Below, one piece after another: positions 18,926 through 27,676 of a DNA stretch of 34,888 nucleotides (the first letter of the stretch is position 1; every line of letters begins with the position of its first letter). The notes beneath the pieces are model-generated. The model was given only the letters and a program-made list of their open reading frames with translations, was not told where the DNA came from and ran no database searches. The stretch is from Bacteroidaceae bacterium (GTDB lineage: Bacteria; Bacillota; Clostridia; Oscillospirales; Oscillospiraceae), in the NCBI GenBank assembly GCA_963626425.1, contig CAVFYN010000171.1:1-34888 (forward strand), written 5' to 3'. The position numbers were made by a program, and so were the translations under genes.

Positions 18926-19474
18926 TCACGCCGCGGCGCGCGAAAGGCGCGGCAGGATCTGGCGGCCGAGGACCGTCGCCAGCGCGATCTTCAGCGCGTC
19001 CCACGGCAGGAAGATGAGCATGCCGTCGCGGATGGTCTGCCAGAGCGTCCAGTCGTAGTGGAGGTACGCCGTCAGGATGACGTGCATGTACGGAAGGCCA
19101 ATGACGTAGAGCACCGCGAGGCCGGAAAGGCAGCCGAGCGCGAGAAACGCCGGGCGGTTGCCGCCGCGGCGGGCGACGGCGCCGATGACGGCCGCGGCCG
19201 GGATGAGCCCGGCGAGGAAGCCGAACGTCGGCTGAAAAATGTACGTAAACCCGCCGCCGAGCGTGAAGATCGGCAGGCCGACGAGGCCGAGCAGCACGTA
19301 GACGGCCTGGCTGAGCGCGCCGAGCTTCGGCCCAAGCAGGATGCCGGCCATGCACGTGAAGAAAAACTGCAGCGTGAACGAGGAAATGGGCGTTTTGATC
19401 TTCAAAAACGCGCCGATGGCGGTCAGCGCTGCGAGCAGCGCGGTCAGGACGAGGTCGCGGGTGGAAAGTTTCAT
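18926..19474 (-). CDS. bioY: biotin ECF-transporter S component BioY
   Basis: 182-aa polytopic protein with a BioY-like sequence (PITLQ-type region PISSFTLQFFF). GGAGG RBS. Divergent from birA. Confidence 0.92.
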   Translation of the reverse strand: MKLSTRDLVLTALLAALTAIGAFLKIKTPISSFTLQFFFTCMAGILLGPKLGALSQAVYVLLGLVGLPIFTLGGGFTYIFQPTFGFLAGLIPAAAVIGAVARRGGNRPAFLALGCLSGLAVLYVIGLPYMHVILTAYLHYDWTLWQTIRDGMLIFLPWDALKIALATVLGRQILPRLSRAAA

Positions 19475-19488
19475 GAAATTGCCTCCGA

Positions 19489-19519
19489 TTGTAAACTTGA
19501 AATTTAAATGAGGTTTACA
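19489..19519. promoter_or_regulatory. BirA operator (bioO)
   Basis: Inverted repeat TTGTAAAC-N15/16-GTTTACAA between the bioY RBS and birA. My base count in 19475-19565 is uncertain by 1 nt. Confidence 0.75.
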
Positions 19520-19581
19520 AACGGACTATAACAGATTACAATACACGATGCAAGGGGGAATTTGCCCTGAAAGAGAAAATT

Positions 19582-20544
19582 TTGCGCGCGCTGCGCGCGG
19601 GAGAGTACGTGTCCGGGCAGGCGCTGAGCGAGCAGCTCGGCGTGTCGCGCATGGCCGTGAGCAAGGTGGTCGGCGCGCTGCGGGAGGAGGGCTACGCCAT
19701 CGAGGCCGCGCCGCGGCGCGGCTACCGGCTGACCGGCGTGCCGGATGTTCTTTCGGCCGCGGAGATCCGCGCCGCGCTGGGCGACCACCCGTGGGGCGAG
19801 CGCATCGTCGTCCTGCCGGAGGCCGACTCGACGAACAACTATGCCAAAAAGCTCGCGCAGTCCGGCGCGCCGGACGGGACCGTCGTCATCGCCGAGCAGC
19901 AGACGGGCGGCCGCGGGCGCATGGGGCGGAGCTTTTCGTCGCCGCCGGGGCTCGGCGTGTACCTGACGGTGCTGCTGCGGCCGGGCGTGCGGGCGGACGC
20001 ACTGGGCGACCTCACCGTGCGCGTGGCGGAGGCGATGTGTGACGCCGTCGAGCGCGCGGCCGGCGTGCGGCCGGGCGTCAAGTGGACGAACGACCTCATC
20101 CTGGGCGGCAAAAAGCTCTGCGGCATCCTGACGGAGCTGTCCGTCGAGGCCGAGAGCGGCATGGCGGACTTCGTCGTGGCGGGCATCGGCGTGAACGTCG
20201 GCCAGATGCCGGACGATTTCCCGCCCGAGGTGCGCCCCACGGCGACGTCGCTGCGCGAACAGACGGGGAAGATCATCCCGCGCGCGCGCCTTGCGGCAGA
20301 AATGATCCGCGCGCTCAGCCATATGGCCGAACGCGCGGATAAAGACTGGCTTGAAAAGTACCGGGCCGACTGCGTCACGATCGGCCGGCAGGTGCGCGTC
20401 ATCCGCGCGGGCGCGGAGCGCACGGCGCACGCCGACGGCGTCGACGAGACGGGCGCGCTGCTCGTCACGTGGGACGACGACGGCTCGCACGAGCGCATTT
20501 TCTCCGGCGAGGTGTCCGTCCGCGGCCTGCTGGGGTATGTGTGA
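19582..20544 (+). CDS. birA: bifunctional biotin-protein ligase / biotin operon repressor BirA
   Basis: N-terminal winged HTH (GQALSEQLGVSRMAVSKVV) and the ligase motif GRGRMGRSF. TTG start as in the track; in-frame CTG 19567 would give a more typical MKEKIL N-terminus. Confidence 0.93.
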   Translation: MRALRAGEYVSGQALSEQLGVSRMAVSKVVGALREEGYAIEAAPRRGYRLTGVPDVLSAAEIRAALGDHPWGERIVVLPEADSTNNYAKKLAQSGAPDGTVVIAEQQTGGRGRMGRSFSSPPGLGVYLTVLLRPGVRADALGDLTVRVAEAMCDAVERAAGVRPGVKWTNDLILGGKKLCGILTELSVEAESGMADFVVAGIGVNVGQMPDDFPPEVRPTATSLREQTGKIIPRARLAAEMIRALSHMAERADKDWLEKYRADCVTIGRQVRVIRAGAERTAHADGVDETGALLVTWDDDGSHERIFSGEVSVRGLLGYV

Positions 20545-20546
20545 CG

Positions 20547-21503
20547 TCATTCGATCCCGAAAACTTCACGCGCATTGATGTAGTAGAGCATCTCCTGCTC
20601 CTTCTTCGTCATCCCGACGGAGTCCAGGAAGGAGATGCTCTCTTCATAGGTCTCGAGCGGGAAATCCGTGCCGAAGAGGATGTGGTCGATGCCGAGACGC
20701 TCTTTGGCGCAGTCGAACGCGGCGCGGGAGAAGTTGCCGCTCGTCGTGACATAGATGTTGTGCTTGAAATAATAGTCGAAGCTGTGCTCGTTCACGGCCG
20801 CGCCGCGGGGCGCGCCGGGCTTGGCGCTGAGCGAGTCGATGCGGTCGAGCATGAACGGCATGGCCTCGCCCAGGTGGCCGAGCATGAGCTTTAAGTCCGG
20901 CAGCCGGTCGAACACGCCCTTGCAGATGAGCCGCGTGAGCGTGATGGCGCCGTCGACGTGGTAGCCGAGGCCGGTGTCGAGCGCGATGCCGAGCCCCTGC
21001 AGCCGGTCGATGGCCGGCGGGCCGGGGTGGAGATAGACGAACATGCCGAGCCGTTCCGCCTCGGCGAGCAGCGGGAAGAAGCGGTCCTCGTCGAGATAGT
21101 GCTCCGTGAAATTCGTGTGCGTGTTCCAGCCGACGAAGCCCAGCTCGTCATGGCAGCGGCGAAGCTCCCGGAGCGAGGCGTCCACGTCCTGCGGGATGAG
21201 GTTGGCGTAGCCGAGAATGCGGCCGGGGAACGCCTGCCCCATCTCGAAATACTCGTCGTTGGCCGCGCGGGCGACGTCGATGGCCGTCTCGAGCGGGAAG
21301 CGCTCGAGGCCGCCGGCGCAGCTGATGATCTGCGCATGGACGCCGAATTTGTCCATGACGGCGATGCGCTTTTCGGTCGTCAGGTCGAACGGGCTCGGCC
21401 CGCCGTCGTCGCCGGGCAGGGCGGGCGCGCCGCCGGCGAGCGCCATGCTGGCGCGGACGTAGGGCCGGGTGGTCTGATGGGCTTCAAAGTCGATCTTTTT
21501 CAT
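20547..21503 (-). CDS. amidohydrolase-2 (PF04909-like) family protein, decarboxylase-like subgroup
   Basis: 318 aa. N-terminal IDFEAH (E-x-H metal motif). TIM-barrel hydrolase-like pattern ending in FGTDFP. Confidence 0.8.
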   Translation of the reverse strand: MKKIDFEAHQTTRPYVRASMALAGGAPALPGDDGGPSPFDLTTEKRIAVMDKFGVHAQIISCAGGLERFPLETAIDVARAANDEYFEMGQAFPGRILGYANLIPQDVDASLRELRRCHDELGFVGWNTHTNFTEHYLDEDRFFPLLAEAERLGMFVYLHPGPPAIDRLQGLGIALDTGLGYHVDGAITLTRLICKGVFDRLPDLKLMLGHLGEAMPFMLDRIDSLSAKPGAPRGAAVNEHSFDYYFKHNIYVTTSGNFSRAAFDCAKERLGIDHILFGTDFPLETYEESISFLDSVGMTKKEQEMLYYINAREVFGIE

Positions 21504-21592
21504 GGCGGGCCTCCTGTGATATACTTATCATCAGCATACCACAAGAAAGGCCCGCGCGGATATTCGACTTCTGAATCGGTCTTATCCGCGCC

Positions 21593-22375
21593 TCACGCGG
21601 CTCGCGCGCGCACGCGGCGGACGGCGAAGAGCGCGAGCAGCACGAGCCCCGCCGCGCCCGCGACGGCGGCGATGGGGAAGAACACGTTCTGCGTCCCGTT
21701 CTGCACGCCGTAATACGCCGCGGCGGCCGCGCAGAACAGAAAGTCCGCACCGAACACGGGCAGCGCGCTGCGTCCCGGGCGAAGGCGGGCGCGGTCGGAC
21801 TCGCGCATGGCGCCGAGCAGCCCCGCGCGCGAGAACGCGGGCAGCAGCATGGCGAAAAGCGCCGCCATGATCACGACCTCAAACGGCAGCAGGATCGTGT
21901 TTTTGATGAGGCTCTTCACCATATAATAAAGGTAGCCCTTCGAGTACAGGATCGCGCTCCACACGCTGCCGAGGGCGACGTTCACGCCGTAATTCACAAG
22001 GAATTTCGCCGCGAACAGCCGCGTGAGCGTCACGCGGCGGCGATAGAGCAGCAGCGCGTAGATCAGGCAGCCGAGGCACTCGGAGAGCAGGTAGCCCGGA
22101 AAGTACCCCGCGTGCGTGAAGAGAAAGAAGTTGAGCGTATCGCACGCTGCGCCGTAGATGAGCGCGAGCACGGGCCCGCACACGGCGCAGGCGACGACGT
22201 TGACATAGCACGTGAAGTAGATGTACAGGTTTTCGCCGATGACGATGGAGACGCTGCTCACCGCGACGCTCAGCGCGCAGAACATGGCGCACAGAACGAG
22301 CTTGCGCAGATTTTTCGCCTCGCCCGCGGCAGCGCGCCAGTAGGCGCGCGTGAGGATGGGATCGGATTTTGTCAT
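21593..22375 (-). CDS. folT: folate-family ECF-transporter S component (FolT-like) with C-terminal extension
   Basis: 260-aa polytopic protein, directly downstream of a THF riboswitch. Confidence 0.8.
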   Translation of the reverse strand: MTKSDPILTRAYWRAAAGEAKNLRKLVLCAMFCALSVAVSSVSIVIGENLYIYFTCYVNVVACAVCGPVLALIYGAACDTLNFFLFTHAGYFPGYLLSECLGCLIYALLLYRRRVTLTRLFAAKFLVNYGVNVALGSVWSAILYSKGYLYYMVKSLIKNTILLPFEVVIMAALFAMLLPAFSRAGLLGAMRESDRARLRPGRSALPVFGADFLFCAAAAAYYGVQNGTQNVFFPIAAVAGAAGLVLLALFAVRRVRARAA

Positions 22376-22527
22376 AAAAAATACCTCCTGTCCGGCATCG
22401 TCGCCACATCAGGAGGTCAGTCCGAATGCGGCAGCGGGATGCGGATGCTGCACGGCGAGATACACTCTTCGTCCCAGGGACAACTCCCCGTCCCCTGGGC
22501 ACGTGACCCGCAGCAACCTACTCTGCC
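22376..22527 (-). promoter_or_regulatory. THF (folT-motif) riboswitch
   Basis: Minus-strand aptamer (about 22430-22527): GGCAGAGUAGGUUGCUGCGGG..CCCUGGGACGAAG..GCAGCAUCCGC..CUGCC. Platform hairpin ACCTCCTG...CAGGAGGT + ATTTTTT sequesters the SD just before the ATG. Confidence 0.85.
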
Positions 22528-22546
22528 TGGATGAAATTATGCCCTC

Positions 22547-22574
22547 ATTATACGCCGCCGCCCGCGGATTGCAA
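22547..22574 (-). promoter_or_regulatory. promoter of the THF riboswitch-folT unit
   Basis: Minus strand: TTGCAA (22569-22574), 16 nt, TATAAT (22547-22552). Confidence 0.55.
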
Positions 22575-22704
22575 GGGGTTTGTGCCAAAATGTGCGCCGT
22601 GGGAAAAAACGGTGCAAAGCCCGTTGCCAAACGGCGGCGGGTGCGGTATAATACAGGCAGGAAGATCGTATTTCCAACGCCGATTTTAGGAGGGATTCCG
22701 TCTT

Positions 22705-22875
22705 ATGAAACGCAACCTGAAATGGATCATCTCGCTCGTGGCCGCCGTCGCCGCGGTGGGCGCGGCCATTACGGCCGTCGTCGTGTTCTGGGATCGCATC
22801 CGCGACCTGCTCGAGCGCTGCCCGAAACCGAGCCTGCATTCGAAAGAATTTGACGATTACGCAGACGTAGAGTAA
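22705..22875 (+). CDS. small single-pass membrane protein (56 aa), hypothetical
   Basis: Not in the ORF track because it is under 60 aa. AGGAGGG lies 9 nt upstream of the ATG. Sequence: MKRNLKWIISLVAAVAAVGAAITAVVVFWDRIRDLLERCPKPSLHSKEFDDYADVE. Confidence 0.6.
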   Translation: MKRNLKWIISLVAAVAAVGAAITAVVVFWDRIRDLLERCPKPSLHSKEFDDYADVE

Positions 22876-23052
22876 CCCAAACGAGACCCGCTTCGCTGGG
22901 CTCTCGTTTGGAGGGGAATGCAGCCCGACTGCGTCGCACGCGCCGATGGCGCGCACGCTTGCGGGCTGAGAAGTATTTTTTCCGAGGTACACGCCCCCGG
23001 AAAAAATGATTTCGATTTGATTTGCGCCTGCGGGCGCAAACTCTGCGAGGCT
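22875..23052 (+). repeat. four-hairpin intergenic element, family C, copy 2
   Basis: About 178 bp, collinear with 11433-11612. Starts at the last base of the preceding stop codon. Confidence 0.9.
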
Positions 23053-23068
23053 TGTTTTGATCGCGCAG

Positions 23069-23099
23069 GAGCCGTCCCGTCCGGGGCGGCTCTTTTTTT
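23069..23099 (+). terminator. rho-independent terminator after family C copy 2
   Basis: GAGCCGTCCC-GTCC-GGGGCGGCTC followed by T7. Confidence 0.8.
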
Positions 23100-23290
23100 G
23101 TTTGGACGCCGTGCTGAATCCTGCATCGGCGGTTGCAGAATCTGAATTGACTTTTCTGCGGGCATGGCATATGGTATGCGTATGAATTGTGGCGTTTGCA
23201 CAAGAAAACAGAAATTGGTTCCGCGTGTTTGCAACAGTTTGCTTGAATTTTGCGGGCTCCGGCCCGTGCAATTATGAAAGGAGAACCGAA

Positions 23291-24916
23291 ATGAAAACAG
23301 CGAAACGAATCCTTGCCCTGCTTCTTGCGCTGTGCATGGTGCTTGCCATCGCCGCCTGCTCGTCCGACAAGGACACGGGCACGAAGGACACCGGCACGAA
23401 CACCGATTCCGCCTCCGGCGACGCGGCGAAGCCCGACGACGGCGCGACCAAGCCGGACGACGGCGGCGCGGCCGAGCCCGCCGGTGACGAAAAGACCTCG
23501 CTCGTCATCGGCGACGTCAACGCGCCGAACACGTTCGACGCCACGGGCAGACAGCTCTGGCACTGGGAGACGATGGTGTTTGACACGCTCGTTTTCTCCA
23601 AGCCGGACGGCACCGTCATCCCCGGCATCGCCGAGAGCTGGGAGTACACGGACGATCTGACGCTGGTCCTCCACCTGCGCGACGACGTGTTCTGCACGAA
23701 CGGCGAGCAGATCAAGGCGTCCGACTGCCTGTGGTCGCTGAAGTTCTGGGGCACGAACACGGCGCAGGCCCCTTCGTTCGGCGCGTATGACTTTGAAAAC
23801 AGCTACTGCGAGGACGACTACACGCTCGTCCTGAAATACACCAAGCCGTACGGCCCGGGCATCAACAGCCTCGTGACGTACTACATCTGGAATGAGCAGT
23901 GGGCCTCGAACGCCACCGGCGACGACTGGTGGGGCGCCCCGAACGGCTCCGGCCCGTATAAGCTCGTCGAGAACATCGACGGCGCGTACTGCTCTTTCGA
24001 GCGCAAGGACGATTACTGGGGCGACATGCCCGAGGTCGAATTCGTCACCTACAAGTATTACTCCGAGCCGGCTACGATGTTCATCGACCTTGAAAACGGC
24101 GACATCGACATCGCCGTCAGCGTCCAGGCGTCCGACGCCGAGCGCGTCATGGCCGCGCCGGACGACTATCCGGGCATCGCTTGGGAGAACCGCGAGCTCG
24201 TCGACCAGATGAACCTGTTCCTGTGCGACTACGTCGAGTATTTCCAGGATAAGAACGTCCGCGAAGCCGTGTTCCTCGCCCTCAACGGCGACGAGATCGC
24301 GACGGGCATGTACGGCAAGCTCTTCGTGAGCGCGACGAGCGTCATGCCGAAGGGCATCGAGTACTGGAAGCAGGTCGACATCCCGAAGCAGGACGTCGAG
24401 CGCGCCAAGGAGCTCATGGCCGCCTCGGCCTGGCCGAACGGCTTTGACCTCCGCCTCGTCGTCACGACGGGCCAGGATCTGGCCGCGACCGTCATCCAGG
24501 CGCAGCTGGCGCAGATCGGCATCAACGTCAACGTTGAGACGTACGATCCGGGCACGGCCGTCCCGATGATGCAGGCCGGCGAGGTCGACATCAGCCTGCG
24601 CGTCGGCATGGGCGGCGCGTCGTTCCGCGATCCGTACATGGGCATCAACGACGTGTTCGCCTACGGCTCGTCCATGCGCGCGACGATGCAGGACGATCCG
24701 GAGTTCAACGAGCACTGGTCGGCCTGTATGTACTCCGTCGATCCCGAGGTCCGCAAGGAAAACTGCGAGTGGATGCAGGACTGGCTCATCGGCGAATACC
24801 ATGTCTACCCGATCTGCGAGCGCTGCGTGTTCGTGGCGTGGAACAAGGATAAGGTCGCCTCCTGCGCGTCCCCGGTCGCGTCTTACCTCTCGGCCCGCTG
24901 GATCGAGCTTGCGTAA
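23291..24916 (+). CDS. ABC transporter substrate-binding lipoprotein, family 5 (peptide/nickel/opine type)
   Basis: Start at MKTAKRILALLLALCMVLAIAAC (AAAGGAG RBS; lipobox LAIAAC). Followed by a Thr/Asp/Gly-rich linker and an SBP_bac_5-like body. Confidence 0.9.
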   Translation: MKTAKRILALLLALCMVLAIAACSSDKDTGTKDTGTNTDSASGDAAKPDDGATKPDDGGAAEPAGDEKTSLVIGDVNAPNTFDATGRQLWHWETMVFDTLVFSKPDGTVIPGIAESWEYTDDLTLVLHLRDDVFCTNGEQIKASDCLWSLKFWGTNTAQAPSFGAYDFENSYCEDDYTLVLKYTKPYGPGINSLVTYYIWNEQWASNATGDDWWGAPNGSGPYKLVENIDGAYCSFERKDDYWGDMPEVEFVTYKYYSEPATMFIDLENGDIDIAVSVQASDAERVMAAPDDYPGIAWENRELVDQMNLFLCDYVEYFQDKNVREAVFLALNGDEIATGMYGKLFVSATSVMPKGIEYWKQVDIPKQDVERAKELMAASAWPNGFDLRLVVTTGQDLAATVIQAQLAQIGINVNVETYDPGTAVPMMQAGEVDISLRVGMGGASFRDPYMGINDVFAYGSSMRATMQDDPEFNEHWSACMYSVDPEVRKENCEWMQDWLIGEYHVYPICERCVFVAWNKDKVASCASPVASYLSARWIELA

Positions 24917-24929
24917 AATCTGACTTTCC

Positions 24930-24964
24930 GGCGCGGCAGCGGCTCCCGCTGCCGCGCCCTTTTT
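24930..24964 (+). terminator. rho-independent terminator
   Basis: GGCGCGGCAGCGG-CTC-CCGCTGCCGCGCC followed by CTTTTT. Confidence 0.88.
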
Positions 24965-25083
24965 AGCATTGTAGCCAATTGGAGCGCGCGGAATTTGGAT
25001 GCTATGGCAATGGAAGCGGTCGGGAAAAGCACGTACAATAGAACCATCTAACATTCATGTGCTAAGAATGGACGGGCGGATCT

Positions 25084-25974
25084 ATGACGACCGAACAACT
25101 GCAGCATTTTCTGATGCTGGCCGAATGCCTGAACTATACCGTGGCTGCCGAGCGGCTTTTTATCTCGCAGTCCACGCTCAGCCGCTCCATCAGTGCGTTT
25201 GAGGCGGAGCTTCAGACGAAGCTGTTTGAGCGCAGCAAAAACCGCGTCGCGCTCACGGAGGCCGGGCGGCTCATGGCCGACCGCGCGCCGGATATGCTCT
25301 ACCGGATGCACGCGCTCGAGGTCGACTGCCGCGAGCTCGGCGACGGCGTGCGCGGCCGGATCCACATCGGCATCCCGGACGACCAGCAGGTGAACCCCTG
25401 GGCCGTCCGCGCGGCCGAGCGGTTCCATCGAAACAACCCGAACATCACGCTCGTCTACGACGCCGGCTCGCTCGACGCGCTCAAGACGCGTCTTGCCACC
25501 GGCGCGTGCGACGTCGTGCTCGCCGCGCAGTTCGGCGCGGGCATGAACACCGGGCTGCGCGCGCTCGTCTACGCCGACGACGAGCCGGTGCTCGTCGTGC
25601 CGCGGGCGCTGGCGGACGGGCTGCCGGAGGCGCTCCCGGCGCCGGCGCTCGCGGAGCTGTTTCCCGGCGCGCGGTGCATGCTGCCGCGCTACTGCGCCGA
25701 GTACTGGCAGCGCATCCTCGCGCCGTTCCACCCGGCCATGCAGCTTTGGCCCATGGCGGCGAGCGACCGGACGACCGTCCTGTCCGTCAGCGCGGGCGAG
25801 GGGCTGACGCTCACGAACCGCTGGTCGGCGTTTTACGGCCTGCCGACCGTGCGCTGCATCCGCCTGACGGGCCTGCCGGAGCGGCCGCTTCTGACGGCGC
25901 TCTGCGCGCCCGAGCAGAAAAATCCGCTGACGGAGAGCTTCTGCGGCGGCCTGACGGACGAACCCAACGAATAA
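25084..25974 (+). CDS. LysR-family transcriptional regulator
   Basis: 296 aa. N-terminal HTH LQHFLMLAECLNYTVAAERLFISQSTLSRSI. Confidence 0.93.
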   Translation: MTTEQLQHFLMLAECLNYTVAAERLFISQSTLSRSISAFEAELQTKLFERSKNRVALTEAGRLMADRAPDMLYRMHALEVDCRELGDGVRGRIHIGIPDDQQVNPWAVRAAERFHRNNPNITLVYDAGSLDALKTRLATGACDVVLAAQFGAGMNTGLRALVYADDEPVLVVPRALADGLPEALPAPALAELFPGARCMLPRYCAEYWQRILAPFHPAMQLWPMAASDRTTVLSVSAGEGLTLTNRWSAFYGLPTVRCIRLTGLPERPLLTALCAPEQKNPLTESFCGGLTDEPNE

Positions 25975-25998
25975 AAACATCCAACGGAGGATCTTGCT

Positions 25999-27657
25999 AT
26001 GAATGAGAAAAATGAGAAAAAAGAATCCGCCCTGTTCCCGGCCTGGGCCGGGCAGCCGCCCGTGATCGCGGAGTCGGAAATTTCCGAGACGATCGCATCG
26101 GACATCGTCGTGGTCGGCAGCGGCAACGCGGGCGTCCTCGCGGCGACGGCCGCGGCGTTCGCGGGCGCGAGCGTCAGCGTCATCGAGCAGCAGACGCGCG
26201 AAAAGCTCCATATGTACGGCCTTGCCGACGTCGGCACGATCAACTCGAAATGGGCGGAGGCCAACGGCGTCCCGCACGTCGACGAGGCGGAATTCATCGC
26301 CGAGTGGCAGCACCGGACGCAGAACCGCTCCGACCCGCGGCTTATTTCGCAGTTTGCCTATCACTCGGGCGAGATGCTCGACTGGCTGCTCTCGCTCATG
26401 TCGCCCATGCTGACGGGGCGGCTGAATACGTCGAATTATCCCTGCCCGTTCCAGAAATATGACGGCGAGGTCTCGGGCTTCAAAACCTGGGCCGGGACGT
26501 GCGAGCTGCACAACTGGGACACGGGCGTCCGCCAGGTCATCGCGCAGGCGGAAAAGCGCGGCGCGGTCTGGTACTTCGGCAACACGGCTGTCGTCCTGAC
26601 GAAGGACGGCGGGCGCGTCACGGGCTGCATCGCGCGTACGCGCGAGGGAAAATATGTCCACTATACCGCGAAAAAGGGCGTCATCCTGGCCGCGGGCGAC
26701 TTCGGCGCGAACCATGATATGTACGTCCATTTCCATCAGGAGATCGTCATGCAGTACGAGTCCATGGGCCTGCCGACCGACCGGCTGCGCACGGCCATGG
26801 GCCGCGACGGCATGGGCCAGAAGCTGGCCGTCTGGGCCGGCGGCAGCATGGAGCCGGGGCCGTACGCGTGCATTTACCCCACGGCCGGCGGGCCCAAGAC
26901 GGACGTGGACGCCAACCTCGCCGAGTGGAACGGCGGAGGCGGCGCGGGCGGCTTCCAGGGCACGTCGTTCCTGCGGCTCGACGCGCGCGGCCGCCGCTAC
27001 TGCGACGAGGGCATCATGGGCATCTACGGCATCCTGCACCGCACGTACCGAAACGGCGGCGGGACGACGTACTCCGTGTTTGACAGCCAGTGGTTCGACT
27101 ATGTCCAGCGGCAGTGCCACGAGCATTTCATGCCGTACAAAAACGAACTGCTCTGGGCCGAGCGGACGAAGGTCGTCCTCGCCCGGGCGCTCGAGGCCGG
27201 GAAAGACGGCGTCGGCACGGGCCGCGGTAAGGAGTCGAACCTGTTCGCCGCGAACACGCTCGAGGAGCTCGCGGGCTTCCTCGGCTTCCGCGGCGAGGAG
27301 AAAAAGACGTTTCTGGCGTCCGTCGAGCGCTACAATGAATTCTGCCGCGCCGGGCGCGACGCGGACTTCGGCAAGGACCCGAAGCTGCTGCTCGCGGTCG
27401 ACAAGGGGCCGTTCTACGCCATCAAAACCGTCCAGACGCAGCCGGACACGGGCCTCGTCGGGCTCAACGGCGTCGTGACGGACGAAAATCAGGCCGTCCT
27501 CGGCAAGGACTTCCAGCCCATCCCGGGCCTTTATGCCACCGGCACGTGCGGCGGCGGAAAATTCTTCATGCAGTATTCGTCCGTGACGAGCGGCCTCGCC
27601 GTCGGCACGGCCATGACGTTCGGAATGCTCGTCGGGCGCCACGTGGCGTCGCTCTGA
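25999..27657 (+). CDS. FAD-dependent oxidoreductase (fumarate reductase / 3-ketosteroid dehydrogenase flavoprotein-like)
   Basis: 552 aa. Dinucleotide fold DIVVVGSGNAGVLAA near the N-terminus and a C-terminal PIPGLYATG motif. GGAGG RBS. Confidence 0.88.
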   Translation: MNEKNEKKESALFPAWAGQPPVIAESEISETIASDIVVVGSGNAGVLAATAAAFAGASVSVIEQQTREKLHMYGLADVGTINSKWAEANGVPHVDEAEFIAEWQHRTQNRSDPRLISQFAYHSGEMLDWLLSLMSPMLTGRLNTSNYPCPFQKYDGEVSGFKTWAGTCELHNWDTGVRQVIAQAEKRGAVWYFGNTAVVLTKDGGRVTGCIARTREGKYVHYTAKKGVILAAGDFGANHDMYVHFHQEIVMQYESMGLPTDRLRTAMGRDGMGQKLAVWAGGSMEPGPYACIYPTAGGPKTDVDANLAEWNGGGGAGGFQGTSFLRLDARGRRYCDEGIMGIYGILHRTYRNGGGTTYSVFDSQWFDYVQRQCHEHFMPYKNELLWAERTKVVLARALEAGKDGVGTGRGKESNLFAANTLEELAGFLGFRGEEKKTFLASVERYNEFCRAGRDADFGKDPKLLLAVDKGPFYAIKTVQTQPDTGLVGLNGVVTDENQAVLGKDFQPIPGLYATGTCGGGKFFMQYSSVTSGLAVGTAMTFGMLVGRHVASL

Positions 27658-27676
27658 GCAAAAGGGGAGAGGGAAC

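Noticed and set aside
19475-19565. One-nucleotide disagreement between my reading of the printed sequence and the ORF-track translations (ORFs 19548-20042 and 19504-20550)
   Set aside because: This is most likely my miscount of an A-run or T-run in this AT-rich spacer rather than biology. It affects only the exact bioO coordinates (plus or minus 1) and the spacer length (15 versus 16).
11433-23052. Repeat families as ends of a transposon or an integrated mobile element
   Set aside because: The two family C copies are direct, not inverted. The about 11 kb between them consists of housekeeping genes (lspA, rluD, birA, thiT). No transposase, integrase or recombinase is present, and I could not identify target-site duplications.
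25053-25069. ATTC-N9-GAAT dyad just upstream of the lysR start as a LysR T-N11-A box
   Set aside because: It is a 4-bp dyad only, so the chance expectation is high. It lies over the probable RBS region, and I could not find a convincing promoter beside it.
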